From: Callorhinchus milii
Taxonomy: Eukaryota
Assembly: GCF_018977255.1 (NCBI RefSeq)
Contig: NW_024704742.1
Location: 70,930,001 to 70,994,000 of the forward strand
Direction of reading: 5' to 3'
Length of the DNA stretch: 64,000 nucleotides
Part shown: positions 49,077 to 61,576 of the stretch, one piece after another
Layout: each line of letters begins with the position of its first letter
How positions within the stretch are numbered: position 1 is the stretch's first letter
The notes under the pieces: model-generated
Databases searched by the model: none
Told to the model about the DNA's origin: nothing
What the model saw: only the letters and a program-made list of their open reading frames with translations
Program-made: the position numbers and the translations under genes

Positions 49077-51432
49077 AAATGTGAGTGCTTCCTGTCTCAG
49101 GTCCTCCCAATCAAACCCCCCTCGGCTGTCTGGTATGGTGCCTGCGTGTGTAAGTGCGGATCGGTGCGCTAATGGTTACGAGATTGGGCTGTCAACTGAT
49201 AGGCATTGTTTGATAGAGGATGAAAGAGAACGGTGTGTAGGGGCAGCCAGCCACAACCTGTGCTCAGTGACTCAACCCAATCCATTATAGCTTTCCCAGT
49301 GCCACCTTTAGGAAAACAAATTAGCTTTGTTCTGGGAATAAACACAGAGGTGATGAACGCAACCCTGTAATCACCACTCCACTTGCCTGGAGCAAGACTA
49401 CATCCCAAAAGGCAACAGGTCCGAAAGGCTGTGTCTGTCTGGCTTTTTCCTCTCTCTGTTTACAGCTGTCGAAACCAGATGCAGGCTGGACATTGGCAAG
49501 AAGGAGATGCGTTTTGGGAGACTGAGTTTGGGGACAAGGAGTGGGGTCGGGGTGAGGGGAAGGTAAACAGATTGAAGCTGTTTCCACTAGTCAGTGAGTT
49601 GGTAACCACAGGTATGGATTTAAGATCATCATCAAAAACACACAGCAAGAGAGTTATTTCCACACATTCACAAACACTCAAATACACACATATACACACA
49701 GTATCAGACACAGTCACTCTCACACACTCATTCTCAAAAACACGATCTCACTGATCACTCTCATAGACTCACGCACGCATTCACTCTCTCACAGTCATTC
49801 ACACACACATTCATATACTCGCACTCATTCTCACAATGCACACTCACACTCTCTCTCTCTCTCTCTCTTACACCAGGGGTCCATGTCCTTATAATCACAA
49901 TGAGATTATAAGGATATGGACCCCTGATTCTATATCTGATTGTGGTTGAAGCAGATTTGTGACAGCGTCGCCCACAAACCACAGTCACTGTACTTCATGG
50001 TAAATCCTGTGAAGCGCTTTGGGATGTCCTCCTAATGTTAAAAATATTATTATTATTTGCTTTCAAGAGGGATATGGACACATTAAACCATCTGTGCCTG
50101 TTAAGGTGGATGTTAAATATCCCACGGTGTTATTGGAAAAGAAAAGGGAGTCTCTCTCCAGTGTACTGGCCAACAATCCCCCAGATAAAATTGATCATTC
50201 ATATCATGGTTGTTTGTGGGACACTGCTGTGTGCAAAATTGACTGCAGCGCTCACCTACAAATTACACAGACACTACACTTTAGAGTAAAGAAGAGCTCC
50301 AAGATATTACCCGGCGTGAAGAACGCTATATAACAACAACAAATTACACTTGTATAGCATCCTTCACGTCAGAAAGATGTCCCAGGGTGCTGCATACTGT
50401 GGGCTTTTTAGACCCGAGCTGGGTCCAAAATGCAAGCTATTGTTGTAAATTTTATGAAGTGCCTTGAGACGTCTCGATGATGTGATAAGGCATGCAATAA
50501 GGTTAAGCTCTCCCTAAATCGCTTTGCCTCATGCCTCGCTCCTTGTTTTCAAAATCTCGATAAAAATAATAATAACCCTTACATTTGATATAGTGCCTTT
50601 TAGTTTACAATAAATTCCTTAAAGCTTTGATGTGTCTTCTGGAAGGAAGCCGTGAATTTTATCTGGTTTAAGAAACACAATTCTCTTTTCAAATAGTACC
50701 ACAGGACTTTGAACAGAGGCTGGATTTAACGTGTCATCCAAAGGATGGCACACTTCAACAATGCAACACATCTCAAAATATAGTGCATGTATATTTTGTG
50801 GGCAAAATGCAGCAGCCAATTGTGCACCACAGTGTCCCACAAACAGTTGTGGATTGAGTAACCAAAGCAGTATTTTTTTAAGGATTATTACTGGAAAGTA
50901 ATACAGAGGTTGACTAATGTCTGGGATCTTACTTATTGCTAAGTAGTAAACAGAGGAGTCTGCAGCAAAGTAACTTGCCTAAGGTTTTGCCGCTTTTGGG
51001 AATCTTCGAAATGCTTTGAGACGTCTCAGTGATATATCAAATGCAAGGATTATTATAATGATGCGGGCTTTAACATCCACCTGAACAGGCACTTATGAAA
51101 CAGCCAGGTAGATGTTAAAATCTGTGACGGGCTTCGGATAATACATTAAACAGAAGGATGGCATCTCCAACGTTGCAATGCTCCCCCGGTACTGTGAGCT
51201 CTCATCTGAGCCAAAATATCTTCAAAATATCTTGCAAATTAGTAGTACAAAAGAGTACAGGAAGAGCGGGAACACTTTATCAAAGGGTGATTGGTGTGTG
51301 GGTCAGACAACCAGCACAGGTGGTTCTTGAGACAAGAAATTACATAGGTTTTCAGAGAGGAATAGACAAGATCACACAAGAGATCTGGTTTGAAGAAGAC
51401 CCTTCGGTCCATTTGATCTCAGTGTTCCTCAT

Positions 51433-52150
51433 ACAACAACGACAACAACTTGGATTTATATAGCGCCCTCTATGCTGGATGGCGTCTCAGAGCACTTTAC
51501 AGTAACGGATCCCGGGACCGAGCCAGAGGGAGGGGGAGGAAGGTGACCAAAGGCGTGGTCGAAAAGAAAGGTCTTCCGCCGAGACCTGAAAATGGGAAGG
51601 GAGGGAGCGAGACGAAGGGAGTGAGGAAGGCAGTTCCAGAGCCTCAGGGCATAGTGGCTGAAGGCTCGGCCGCCGAGGGTGGAGCGGAGGGACTCGGGGG
51701 ACGAGGAGGAGACCAGACCCGGAGGAACGAAGGTAATGCGTACTGTTTTGAGGAGAGAGGAGGTCAGAGAGGTAGGGGGTGCAGAGGAGTGCAGGGACTT
51801 GAATACAAGGGTGAGGATCTTGAAATCGATCCTCTCTGGGATAGGGAGCCAGTGCAGTCTGATCGCGGAGCGGAGTTTGGTGCGGGTGAGAATGCGGGCG
51901 GCAGAGTTTTGAACTATTTGGATTTTATGGATGGTAGTGGATGGGAGACCAGCGAGGAGGGTGTTAGAGTAGTCTAGTCGAGAGGTGACAAAGGCATGGA
52001 ACAGCGTTTCAGCGGCTTTTGGGGAGAGGTATTGGCGGAGACGGGCGATGCGTCGGAGGTGGTAGAAGGCGGTGCTGGTGAGGGACCAGATGTGGGGGAG
52101 GAAGAATAATTGGGGGTTGAACCTGATGCCTAGGTTGCGTACCCATCCTG
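51433..52150 (-). mobile_element. L2-clade LINE 3' fragment
   Basis: 232-aa ORF 51456-52154 with HAFVTSRLDYSN, LHWLPI, GGRAFS...LWN motifs. Confidence 0.93.
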
Positions 52151-52199
52151 CCATCCTCCAATTACTGCATCAAGCCATTTTTTAAAAAAAAATTATCTT

Positions 52200-52532
52200 T
52201 TAATTTGATATCCCATTGTTGAGATGTCAAATTATATATTGTAAAGTGAGTGACCAATTGTATTTGGGGGATTGTCAGCCAGGACACCAGGAGAGAGAAA
52301 CATGCTTTTCTTTTCGAACAGTAACACAGGATTTTTAACATCCACCTAAACAGGCAGACAGGACCTTGATTTAAATTCTCATCCGAAGGACAATACCTCC
52401 GACAATGCAACACGCCCCAGCACTGCATTGTAGTGTCAGCTTAAACAATGTGATTCCAAGTCCAAAGTGGGGCATGAACCTACAATCTTCTGACTCAGAG
52501 GCAAGAGTGCTACCACTGAGCCAGGCTGACAC
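52200..52532 (-). mobile_element. SINE family B (DeuSINE-like)
   Basis: Head and Deu-like core on the minus strand; divergently paired with 52981-53370. Confidence 0.82.
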
Positions 52533-52699
52533 ACAAATATTTTACTATAATAATAATTCTGGCATATGATACAGCACCATATGAATCTTGTGCACAGAAA
52601 TCAACATGAATTGAGCGACCAACTTATCTGGGGCTTGGGTTGGCTTGGGTTCTGAGACTTAGAGATAGATCTTTTGAGGAATGTTTTGAGGATGTTGGG

Positions 52700-52960
52700 A
52701 GGGCAGCTAAATGGAGCAAGGAGTGAGAGAGAAGAGCGAGGAAGATGGTGAAAAAGGGAAGAGGAAGCAAGGGAGGTGGAAAGGAGGAATGAGGGAGGAG
52801 AGAAGAATGAGAGAGGGGAGGAGGAAAGGAAGAGAAAAATGAAGTGAGGATGGAGGGAAGGAGTGGTAAAGGAGGGGAAGAGTGAAGTAGGAAGTGAGGA
52901 GTGAAGGAGGGGGAAAGGAAGAATGAGGAAAAGAAGAGAGAGGGAAGGGAGGGATGAGGG
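52700..52960. repeat. Polypurine (GA-rich) low-complexity tract
   Basis: Almost entirely G/A on the + strand. Confidence 0.85.
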
Positions 52961-52980
52961 AACTCCTCCAATGGACTTTG

Positions 52981-53370
52981 TGTGTCAGTCTGGCTCAGTG
53001 GTAGCACTTTTGCCTCTAAGTCAGAAGGTTGAGATGTCAGGACTTGGAATCACATAGTCTAAGCTGACACTACAATGCAGTGCTGGGTGGGGGGGGTTGC
53101 ATTGTCAGAGGTGCCGTTCTTTGGATGAGATGTTAAACTGTGGTCCTGTCTGCCTGTGCTGGTGGACGTTAAAGATCCTGGGGCGGTACTGCAAAGGAGA
53201 AGGGAGTTTCTTTCTCCCGGTGTCCTGGCCCACAATCCCTCAAATAAAATTTGACCATTCAGTTCATGGACATCGCTTGCGCAAATTGGCTGTGTTTGAC
53301 TACAAAATACTCACTGCACTTTCCTATAAAGATCTCTGAGAGGAGTCATTGATGTGATAAGGCGCTACAT
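52981..53370 (+). mobile_element. SINE family B (DeuSINE-like)
   Basis: TGTCAGTCTGGCTCAGTGGTAGCACT head, Deu-like core, tail. Confidence 0.82.
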
Positions 53371-54194
53371 GTAGTGTACATGTAGTGTAGTGGTTAGCAC
53401 GATCGCCTCGCAAGCGAAAGGACCCAGATTCGATTCCTGGGTAGGGTGAAACCTTGGACAAGTTTCTTTACTCCACATGTCTCTGTTTACCTAGGAGTAA
53501 GTAGGAATCCAATTGTTAGTCGATTGGTGGAATGGTGGAGTGTAAGAATCCCTCAAAAAAAATGTGACCGCTCAAACCACAACTGTTTATGGGGCACTGC
53601 TGTACGCAATTAGCTGCCACATTTTTCCTACATGATATACAGTCAATCCTCTTTACAATGTATTCTGTGAAGCGCTTTGAGATGGCGTGATAAGGCACTA
53701 TATCAAATGCAAGGTTCATTGTGATAGAGACTGGTTTGGGGCAGGAACTATGAGGATTGGCTCCAACTGTTGGATCTGTTCTCATTGAACAGAGAACGTT
53801 AAGAAGCCATTGAAATCCTGAGAGGTTCTGACAGTATAAATACTGAACGATTATTCTCACCGGTCAGTAACCAGTGGGAATAAAGTCAAGAATGTCACTG
53901 GCAAAGTGAATGATGAGCTTAGAGGGAATATTCTCACACAGGGAGGTATTACAATGCAAAACACTTTGTTACTGTGACTGCTGAGGCTGCAATCCTAACT
54001 ACATTGTCAAAGTAACTGGTTGAAGATTTGAAGAGGAAGCATATAAAAGGAGATGGAGAAAACGTGTACAAACAAGGACACACACAAACGCGTATACAGC
54101 AACACGTTCACACAAATAAATATACACATAAATATATGTACACGAGAACAAATACACAGAAATTAATATACACAGTGGAAAAACAATAACTGTA

Positions 54195-54737
54195 CTGTGT
54201 ACAGTTCTGGTCACCGCAGTACAAAAAGGATATTGGAGAAATCGAGAAGATACAGAAAAGGGCTACCAAAATGATTGCGGGAATAGAAGGACTGGACTAT
54301 GAGGAGCGACTAAGTAAGTTGGGCATGTTCACGCTGGAAAGGAGAAGATTGAGAGTGGATATGATTGCTGTCTTTAATATTCTAAAGGGGCAAAACTATA
54401 TAGATCATGACAGGCTGTTTCAACTTGTCCAGAATAGTAAAACCAAGAAGACATGGCCTGTGATTGAAGGGGGATAATTCAGAATGAATCTACCCAAACA
54501 CTATTTCAGTGAGCAAATAGTGAACCTGTGGAACAGGCTCCCTAGGGAGATGGTTGAAGCAGGAAGTGTTGATTCTTTCAAACACAGATTAGATAGTTTT
54601 CTTTCAGGAAATAACATGATGGGATATAGTACATAGGTAGTTTGGGACATATGTGCATGTGACTGCCAGGAGGGTGGAAGGCAAACTAAATGGATCCTTG
54701 TTTTTTTTTTCATCTAACACTTCTTATGTTCTTATGT
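54195..54737 (+). mobile_element. CR1-type LINE 3' end (different subfamily)
   Basis: YEERLSKLGMFTLERRRLRVDMI and a terminal (TTCTTATG)n-like repeat. Confidence 0.85.
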
Positions 54738-55074
54738 AACAACAACAAAATTACATTTGTATAGCGCCTTTCACATTGGGAGGATGTCCCGAGGCATGGG
54801 ACAATCAGTGTTTCAGATCCGAGTTGGGGGTTGGGATTGGAAAGGTGGGAGCAGGGGGGGAAGAATGATGACCGAAGGCACGGTCGAAGAGGAGGGTCTT
54901 GAGACGGATCTTGAAGGAGGCAAGGGAGGGGGTGGGGCGCAATGATTGAAGGATGGAGTTCTAGAGGGTGGGAGCAGAGTGACTGAAGGTCAGTCCGCCA
55001 ATGGTGGGGCGGGAGACGTGAAACAGGACAGAGCCCGCTGAGCGGAGCGAGTGGGTAGGTTGGTACAAACTCAA

Positions 55075-55112
55075 ACATATACATGCAAACAACTACAGAC
55101 ACAAACATACAT

Positions 55113-55143
<31 letters not shown>

Positions 55144-55245
55144 TATACACGCATACATATATACACATACACACATACATAGACACACATACACATATAT
55201 ACATATACTCACATACATATATACACATACATACACACATACAGA
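55075..55245. repeat. Compound (CA)n/(CATA)n microsatellite
   Basis: Directly visible. Confidence 0.92.
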
Positions 55246-55559
55246 TCACAGTTAACAACAGGGAATTATCGAAGCGTTTTACAGAAAGAACATTCACAGA
55301 TATGTACATCTTAAACCAGTCGCTCATTTTAAATACTTTTTTTAATTAAATTATTTTCAATTTTTATTGCAAAATGTAAAGTAATTGTTTTTCTGAAAAA
55401 AAAGTATCTCGTATATAGATCGAGATTCGCCTGCAAGAGTTCAAATGTTTATGCCAAGTTGTGAATCAAGACAAAAAACAGCCTTTAACTCACACATGAC
55501 AAAACCGAATGTTTTAACAAAATAAAGGAATAAATCCAAAATAAATTCTCATTACAAAT

Positions 55560-56629
55560 TCTCATTTGAAATTCTCATTTTTTTAAAAATAAAAAAATTG
55601 TTTGCCTCCCCACCCCCTCCCCCAACAAAAACAAATTTGTATTTTCGCAAGCGACAGTGGGCAATTATTGCGGTGTGTTGTGATAATTATCATATCGAAT
55701 GGCGCAAATTTACTCCCACACTCGCCCCCCCCTCGTCACATCCCATTTTTTCTTTGCAGGGGGAGAGGAGAGGTGTTATTAAGAATGCATTGATTAACAT
55801 TGCAAATTGTGCATCTGAATTTGGTTCAAGTCTGAGTGAATTTATTTCTGTTTGTGTGTGGGGGGAAGAGAGAGAGAAAATAGGGTAATGTATATCTCTC
55901 ATTCCAACCCCTTCCCTTACAGAGAGAGAGAGAGAAATATGTGATAGGTTTATTATAGCTGCAAATAACACACACACACAACCATGCAAACAGCACCTCC
56001 TCTCTAAAATGCAACTAACACACGCACTGAAACCACTGACACACACACACACACTGAGGTCCACACACACAGACTTGTTGTGTCAAGTGGTCGAGAGATC
56101 TGCTGCAGAAGGGAAGAGTGAGTGGGAGAGAGAAAGAGGGGGACAGAGAGACCTGGACATCCATCGAGGCTGAGACTTGGGTTATCGATCAACACCCCCC
56201 CCCCCCCCTCCCACCACCACCCCACACACCCTCCTTCTTTTCCTTTAACTTGTATTTTTATTTTTTGGAAACTGTGGATCAAAGTTTTGGGAAAGTTTTT
56301 TTTTGCAATGACTGTTCCTCACACCGTGGGAAAGTGAAGTGAACATTCACCTTCCAAAAGGGTGGGGGGGAGAATTATTTCATAATCCTCTTTTTTTTCT
56401 TAAATAGCTAACGAGTCAATTTGGGGAACTCTGTATTTTTTTGTTGTGGTGTGTGTGTGTGTGTGTTTTGGGGTTGGGGTTGGGGAGAGACCCACTTCTC
56501 AACTTCTGTGAGAGGCAAAAAGTTCTTATTGAAGAAAAAAAAAGGAGAAATTATTATTATTATTTTCATCTCCCTCCCAATCGTGGAAGAGGATCTCAGC
56601 TGAGAAAAGCTCCCAATTTCGGCGAGAGA
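55560..56629 (+). promoter_or_regulatory. Putative promoter and 5' UTR of the Fgf gene
   Basis: About 1 kb free of transposons directly upstream of the ATG; many TAAT/ATTA cores, an AT-rich TATA-like stretch near 55950 and a TCF/LEF motif ATCAAAG at 56278-56284. The start site cannot be placed. Confidence 0.55.
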
Positions 56630-56661
56630 ATGCGCTCCACACCTGCGAAAGTCGTTTACAT
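56630..56661 (+). CDS. fgf24: FGF8-subfamily gene (probably fgf24), first coding exon: MRSTPAKVVY(M)
   Basis: 32-nt ATG-initiated exon ending in phase 2 at gtaaga, the size recalled for FGF8/FGF18 first coding exons; downstream of an Npm gene. The paralog call is an inference. Confidence 0.8.
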
Positions 56662-56841
56662 GTAAGAAAGAATCTCTTTTCGACAGATAATTGTTTTCGT
56701 TATTATATTTGCATTATGCATAAAGGAGAAGCATTTGGCTGCAATTAGATGGATGTTGGAGCTGGCAATTATTGATTAATCAATAATTATTTGTGTAAAA
56801 TAAATAATATTTTCCCTCTCCCCCACCCCTCCCCTCTCTAG

Positions 56842-56878
56842 GTGCCTTCACATTCTGACTCTCTGCCCCCAAATACAG
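56842..56878 (+). CDS. fgf24: FGF8-subfamily gene (probably fgf24), second coding exon: CLHILTLCPQIQ (rest of signal peptide); later exons not seen in the window
   Basis: ctctctag|...|gtaagg; 37 nt, phase 2 to 0; matches FGF18 CLHFLLLCFQVQ and FGF17 CLQLLILCCQTQ. Confidence 0.85.
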
Positions 56879-57924
56879 GTAAGGAATGATTTATACCCCC
56901 TTCCTCTGTTTATCTATATAACCCCCTCCCCCCCAAAAAAAAAAGCTCTTGTTATTTTACTTTCACCCTCAATTTTATTTTTCATAATTTATAATTGTAA
57001 TTTTAAAATTATTTATGTTTATACCAATATCCACCCTAGAACTTTGGAAAAATTCCCCTCCCTGTGTTTGTTTGTTTGTTTGTTTGTTAGTTTGTGTGTT
57101 TGAAATTGCCTTAACTATGAGATTATTATATTTTTGTAATAGTTTGTTTGAAATTGCCTTAAATATAAGATTATTATATGTTTGTGTCTATGCGTGTGAG
57201 GCGGGGGGTTAGTTTTTAAAGCGAGCCTTAAATACAATTTTGTTTTGCTGACAAAAAATAATACCAGCCCTTTAAACATAACTTTTTTGTAACTTTTTTT
57301 GGAGGGGAAAAGTGGGGGAAGTTGTGCTCCCCTCCCCCCCACCCACCCCCCCCCACCCCCACCTAAAGTTAAGGGTAAAGATTTTTTTGTACTGTATTAA
57401 CAAAAAAGGAAAGTTTGTAAAGTATTTTAGGAGGAGAGAGAAAGGTTTGTGCTGCATATATATATATATATATATATATATGTGGTTGTTATAATAGAAT
57501 TGGCAAGGTTTATCAGTGAGATGCATTAGGATTTGGAACAATTAGGAACAATTAAACATCTCTTCACGCATGCCCCCGCCCAGACACAAAGTCCTGTGTG
57601 TTTAAACTGTGTGTGTCTTTGTGTTGTGAGGGGTGTGGGGGGGAGGATGATAATAATAATAATAATAATCCTTGCATTTGATATAGCACCTTTTCACGTC
57701 TTCTAGACGTCTCAAAGCGCTTCACACAATATATTATAAAGTGAATTAACTGTATATTTGTGGGCGAAATGCGGCAGCCAATTGCGCACAGCAGTGTCCC
57801 GCAAACAGTCGTGAATTGAAGTGACCAATTTATTATTGATTTTTTTCTTAAGGGAGAAAAGACCAGACCAGATCTTAATATTAATGCAAATGTACATTCT
57901 GTGTAAATTTGTATCCAGATATGA

Positions 57925-58470
57925 TAGTCAGACTGGAATCTAATCCAGGATTGTTGTTGTTGGTAGTGGTGGTGGGGGATATGTATAAAACAGCCTCCTC
58001 CCCCCCACCCTCACAGTGAGTTACGGGCTGGAACCTAATCCAGGGGTTTGGGGGAGGGACGGAGTTATATATAGAATATGAATCATTAATTATTTATGCT
58101 TATACCAATATCCCCCGGTAGGACTTTTAGAAAACTTCCCTGTGTTTGTTTGTTAGATAGTTTGTGTGTTTGAAATTGCCTTAAATATGAGATTATTATA
58201 TTTGCATTGTATGTGTGTGGGGGACAGGGGTTCATTTTTGAAGTAAACCTTAACTACCATTTTTTTCTTGCCAACAGTGAGTTAAATCTGGAGTCTAATC
58301 CAGGGTTCGTAAATGCGGGGGGAATCTATAGAATAACAGCCCCTCCCCTCAGGATTGCATTAAATGCTGGAGTCTAATCCTGGGTCTGAGTGGTGTATGT
58401 ATAGAATGACGCAGGCACAGAGTTCCAGGCTGGAATGTATATTGAGGAATGTTGGGAGTTTATATATAAA
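57925..58470 (+). repeat. Degenerate minisatellite with CTGGAATCTAATCCAGG...TATATAGAAT units
   Basis: Four to five spaced copies of the core; resembles a repeat I recall as common in shark genomes. Confidence 0.7.
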
Positions 58471-58744
58471 TGATGCTGACGTGGTTGTATTTGTCTACAA
58501 ATACACAGTCACTACACCGAGGCAACACTTCCCTGTGAGATGCTGTACATTGTAAATGTTGCTCAATTGTCTGCCCTCCCCAAAATCAAAGCAAGGATTA
58601 GTTATTTATTTACCCCAGTCTCAAACGTCACAGTATTTGGGCCAAACCATTCAGTAAAGTCATGGGAGAGGGGAGGAGTGAGATGAAGAGAGCTCACATC
58701 TATTGGTTTTAGTTATTGACTAGTATGATCACAATTTTAGGTGA

Positions 58745-59005
58745 GTACCGTTTCCTCTACACTGTCTGTCCGCACTCCCAGATCAGCAATAACACGGATT
58801 AGAGACAAGAGTAAAGCTTCCTGTAAACTGTCCATCCACACTCCCACATCAGAATTAGAGACAGAGTAAAACTCCCTCTACACTGTCCATCCACACTCCC
58901 AGGTCAGGGCTAGAGACACAGTAAAGCGCCCTCTACCCTGTCGTCCACACTCCCAGGTCAGCAACAGCGTGGGTTAGAGATAGTGTGAAGCTTATTCTGT
59001 GCTAG
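58745..59005 (+). repeat. Degenerate ~55-65 nt minisatellite TAGAGACAGAGTAAAGCTCCCTCTACACTGTCCATCCACACTCCCAG
   Basis: About four tandem units; related sequence on the minus strand at ~26480-26670 and a single unit near 60455-60490. Confidence 0.78.
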
Positions 59006-59519
59006 CCAACAAGTTACCAGTATGACCTCCCTGAGGTTCCTGGCACAACCCAGTGAACCCTGCTGGAATGTGAGTATGTTTACACATCAGGTGAGGAGAG
59101 AATGTTGCTCAGTTGCCTGACCTCCCAAAATCAAAATAGTCCAAGGGTATCAGGCTGTAATTATAAATGGGATTGACAAAGTAAACAATGCGTTCAGATG
59201 TATCAAGACAGTAGAACAAGAGGTCGGAGGTTTAAAGTTGCAAAGGGGCAATTTCAGAACAGACACCGGGAAGTTTTTCTTTACTCAGAGTGTAATTAAC
59301 CTTGAAACTCTGGAACACTCTTCCTCTATTCCTCAGCCTTGACCCCTCATTCCCACCATCAGATCGCACATGAAGACCTTCCTCTTCGACCGTGCCAAGG
59401 TCACCTCCCTCCTCCTTCCAGCTCGGCATTGTGCTCCACCACTATCAAGCGCTCAGGGATGCTACGCTAAGTGAGGGCTCTATATAAATGCAAGTTGTTA
59501 TTGTTGTTAACGACTAGAA

Positions 59520-59836
59520 CAGTAATAACCCTTGCATTTGATATAGCGCTTTTCACGTCGGGAGGACATCCCAAAGCGCTTCACAGAACACACTGTAAAG
59601 TGAATTGACTGTATATTTGTGGGTGAACGCGGCAGCCAATTGCGCACAACAATGTCCCACAAACAGTCGTAGATTGAAAATGACCAATTTTATTATTGTT
59701 TTTGGTTTTGGAGGGATTATTATTAGGCTCTGTGTAGAGTAAGGAAACTTGCCCAAGGTTTCGCCCTCTGCCTGGAATTGAACTCAGGTCTCTCACTTGC
59801 AAAGGGAGTGCTCTAACCACTGAGCTACAGGACTCC
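59520..59836 (-). mobile_element. Young family-A SINE, short subfamily, in Fgf intron 2
   Basis: Near-identical to 61253-61576 and to the head/body at ~62410-62610. Confidence 0.92.
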
Positions 59837-61252
59837 ACTGGATGAGGTCAGGATATGGTTGAGGTCAGGATACTCGTACTCATTTAAAACACAGTTTGAT
59901 ACTGTGATGGGAGGGTGTTCCAGAGGGATGAAATCAGATGAGTTGAAGGGTCTTCTGCAACTGAACCAATCTTGTGATCTGGTGATAATTGGGGTCAGAG
60001 GGACTGTATCACAGTGTAAGTACCAGCTTGGCTCAGTCAGTATCACTCTTGCTTTCAGGTCGGAAATGTGTGGGTTAAAGCTCCAACTTGGAGACTTTGA
60101 GCTCACAGTCTAGGCTGATGCTCCAGTGCAGTGCTGTGGGGAGTGCAGCATTGTTGGAAGCGCTGTCTTTCAGGTGAGATATTAAACCAAGCTTCCCATC
60201 TGCACCTATTCAGGTGGACGTTAAAGATCCCACGGTACTGTGAGAAAAGATCAGGGAGTTTCTCTCTCCTGGTGTCCTGGCCAACAATCCCCCAAATAAA
60301 AATCAGCCATTTGTTTCATGGCTGTTTGTGGGACATTGATTTGTGCAATTGTGCTACCACATTTGCCGATAAATGCACTCTCACACCATTTCGCAGTAAA
60401 TCCTATGAAGCACTTTGAGATGTCCTTGCGACCCTCCCACGTCAGTGACTGCACGGGTTAGGGACATAGTGAAGCTCCCTCTACACTGTGATAAGGCGCA
60501 ATACAAATGCAAGGGCTATTACAAATAATTATTATTATATTAAACACAGACCTTTCCTGACCTTTCCCTCGCTGTGGGTGTTTTGGGGTGATCACTAGCC
60601 GCTGGCTTCTGACTCAGCAATGCTGCTTTTTGCTCTGTGTGTCCGTGGTGACTCGGTGATTCTCCCAGTGACTCCTGCAAACCATTGTTTGGAGTGTAAA
60701 GTAATTCTATTTACAATAATCTTCCAAATAGCTGCGTGTCATAAAAACAAACACTGATGCACATAATGAAAAGTCACAGACAGAGGGTTTCTGGGCACGA
60801 GCGTTCCTGTTAAAGGGGCACAGCACCTCAACACATAGCCTCTTCTAATGAGTCCTGTTGGGTCGTGGTTAGCGCGCCTCACATGTAAGACAACCGGAGT
60901 TTGATTCCCAGGTGGGGCGAAACCTTAGGCAAGTTTCCTTACTCTACACGCCTCTGTTTATCTAGCAGTAAGTAGGAACCTGATTTTAGTCGATTGACGG
61001 ATCGTAATAATTCCTCAAAAGAAAGTGGTTAGCCAATCCAGGACTGTTAGTGTGACACTGCTGTGTTTAATTGGCTGCTGCGTTTTGCCCACAAAATACA
61101 CAATCAATTCACTTTACAATATATTCTGTGAAGCACTTTTTGACGTCTCAATGATGTGATAAGGTGCTTTATCAAATGCAAGGATTATTATTATAATGTC
61201 AAGTGCCCTGACGTTTAATCGCTCCCGAATCCTAATGACAGATTATTTGTAG

Positions 61253-61576
61253 ATAATAATAATAATAATCCTTGCATTTGGATAAAGCGCTTTTCACGTC
61301 GGGAGGACGTCCCAAAGCGCTTCACAGAACACACTGTAAAGTGAATTGACTGTATATTTGTGGGCGAACGCGGCAGCCAATTGCGCACAGCAATGTCCCA
61401 CAAACAGTCGTAGATTGAAAATGACCAATTTATTATTGTTTTGTTTTTTGGAGGGATTATTATTAGGCTCTGTGTGGAGTAAGGAAACTTGCCCAAGGTT
61501 TCGCCCTCTGTCTGGAATTGAACTCAGGTCTCTCACTTGCAAAGCGAGTGCTCTAACCACTGAGCTACAGGACTCC
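61253..61576 (-). mobile_element. Young family-A SINE, short subfamily, in Fgf intron 2
   Basis: Near-identical to 59520-59836. Confidence 0.92.

Noticed and set aside
54710..55349. 205-aa and 88-aa ORFs
   Set aside because: Made of a CA/TA microsatellite plus an L2 fragment.
58745..59005. Regularly spaced direct repeats superficially like a CRISPR array
   Set aside because: Eukaryotic context, degenerate tandem units without unique spacers, no cas genes.
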